Below, in pieces: positions 63,094 to 64,000 of a DNA stretch of 64,000 nt. The notes under the pieces were generated by a model that was not told where the DNA came from, searched no databases, and saw only the letters and a program-made list of their open reading frames with translations. A program made the translations under genes and the position numbers. Numbering within the stretch: the first letter of the stretch is position 1; the number at the start of each line of letters is the position of its first letter. The stretch comes from an uncultured Candidatus Actinomarina sp. (GTDB lineage Bacteria; Actinomycetota; Acidimicrobiia; Actinomarinales; Actinomarinaceae), in the NCBI GenBank assembly GCA_902634185.1, contig CACPJC010000004.1, positions 32,001 to 96,000 of the forward strand, given 5' to 3'.

Positions 63094-63741
63094 CTAGTTA
63101 CTGTTTATTTGAGATAATTGACCAATTTTCATATCTTCTATTGAAAAATTGCCAATAGAAATTCTCTTTAAATTTCTAATTTCAACATTGTTTTTTGCAA
63201 ATACTCTTCTAATTTCTCTGTTTTTTCCAGTATTAAGAGTCACTTTATATTCAAATTTATTCAATTTACTTAATTTATTTATAACAAGTTTTTCGTTTTT
63301 ATCAGTTACAACTCTTTTAAAAGAGTTAAGAACAATTGGTTGTGAAACGGTTACTATGTATTCTTTTTCGTAGCCCTTTGAGGGATGATTAATATTGTTC
63401 AGCCAATCTCCATCATTGCTTAATAGCATCAACCCTTCTGAATCTTTATCAAGTCTTCCACTATATTTAAGTTCATTATCAACTATGTCATATATAGTCT
63501 TAGATTTTGCTTGTGCTTTTGTAGAGCAAACATATCCTATCGGTTTATAAAATTTGAAATATTTATACACAATCTTTGATGACAAAATTTTGTTTTGATA
63601 TGTTATTACATCTGTAGTCATAATATCTTGCCCTATAACTGCAAGTTTATTATTGACAGTTATTTTTTTTGCTTTAATTAATTCATCAGCATTTCTTCTT
63701 GATGTATTTAGGTGAAGAGCTAAATATTTATTTATTCTCAA
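63094..63741 (-). CDS. rluB: rRNA pseudouridine synthase (RluB/RsuA family)
   Basis: S4 domain (SRR.A), KP.G, GRLD.DSEGL and G.NREIRR motifs; scpB-rluB-cmk synteny. Confidence 0.9.
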   Translation of the reverse strand: MRINKYLALHLNTSRRNADELIKAKKITVNNKLAVIGQDIMTTDVITYQNKILSSKIVYKYFKFYKPIGYVCSTKAQAKSKTIYDIVDNELKYSGRLDKDSEGLMLLSNDGDWLNNINHPSKGYEKEYIVTVSQPIVLNSFKRVVTDKNEKLVINKLSKLNKFEYKVTLNTGKNREIRRVFAKNNVEIRNLKRISIGNFSIEDMKIGQLSQINSN

Positions 63742-64000
63742 TTATTCTTCTTCAGACGGCGATGAGAAATATTCACCGATAGTAGGTAAATCATTTAAAC
63801 TTTCAAAGCCTGTTTTCTCTAAAAACTCATCTGTTGTTGAATATAAAATAGGACTACCAGGAACATCCAGCTCCCCTGACTTGTATACAAGACCTCGGGA
63901 TTCAAGAGTCTTTATAGATGATTCAGATTCTATTCCCCTGATCTCAGAAACTTTTAACTTTGTAACAGGTTGTTCATATGCAATTATCGCAAGAGTTTCT
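63742..64000 (-). CDS. scpB: SMC-Scp complex subunit ScpB, 3' part (runs off the window)
   Basis: Manual translation: ETLAIIAYEQPVT...EIRG...PILYSTT..FL...G..SL.DLP. Confidence 0.93.
   Translation of the reverse strand, partial: ETLAIIAYEQPVTKLKVSEIRGIESESSIKTLESRGLVYKSGELDVPGSPILYSTTDEFLEKTGFESLNDLPTIGEYFSSPSEEE

Overview
AT-rich, very compact core-chromosome segment of a streamlined actinobacterium. The 16S sequence, mIHF, PIM genes and garA/Rv1828-1830-like cluster are most consistent with a marine Acidimicrobiia/'Ca. Actinomarina'-type genome; this is inference, not a database result. Positions 1-39 kb are a + strand housekeeping run: thrS, pgsA-patA-pimA, pdxST, yebC, queA-tgt, yajC-secDF, rel, hisS-aspS-alaS, ruvX-mltG-efp-nusB-mIHF-gmk-rpoZ-coaBC-priA-def-fmt-rpe, rib operon, infC-rpmI-rplT, pheST, mpg, tyrS. 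A 16S-23S-5S operon without tRNAs follows. Gene orientation flips at about 49.8 kb, and a 28-bp dif-like site lies at 48861-48888, so the window probably spans the replication terminus with the rRNA operon only about 5 kb away. The - strand arm has the Rv1830/Rv1829/dac/Rv1828/garA/pgsA2 cluster, an opp ABC transporter, der, cmk, rluB and partial scpB; ispH is inverted. Main observations: (1) the ruvC-ruvA-ruvB slot holds a single Hjc/phage-type PD-(D/E)XK resolvase-like gene; (2) PriA has lost helicase and Zn-finger motifs; (3) a T7-endonuclease-I-like gene lies next to dif; (4) TyrRS has TLGW in place of HIGH; (5) the D-Ala-D-Ala carboxypeptidase apparently starts at ATT; (6) there is an uncalled 32-aa membrane ORF after der; (7) ten genes show a TANNNT-N6/7-start leaderless signature. 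No CRISPR, tRNA, IS or prophage was seen.
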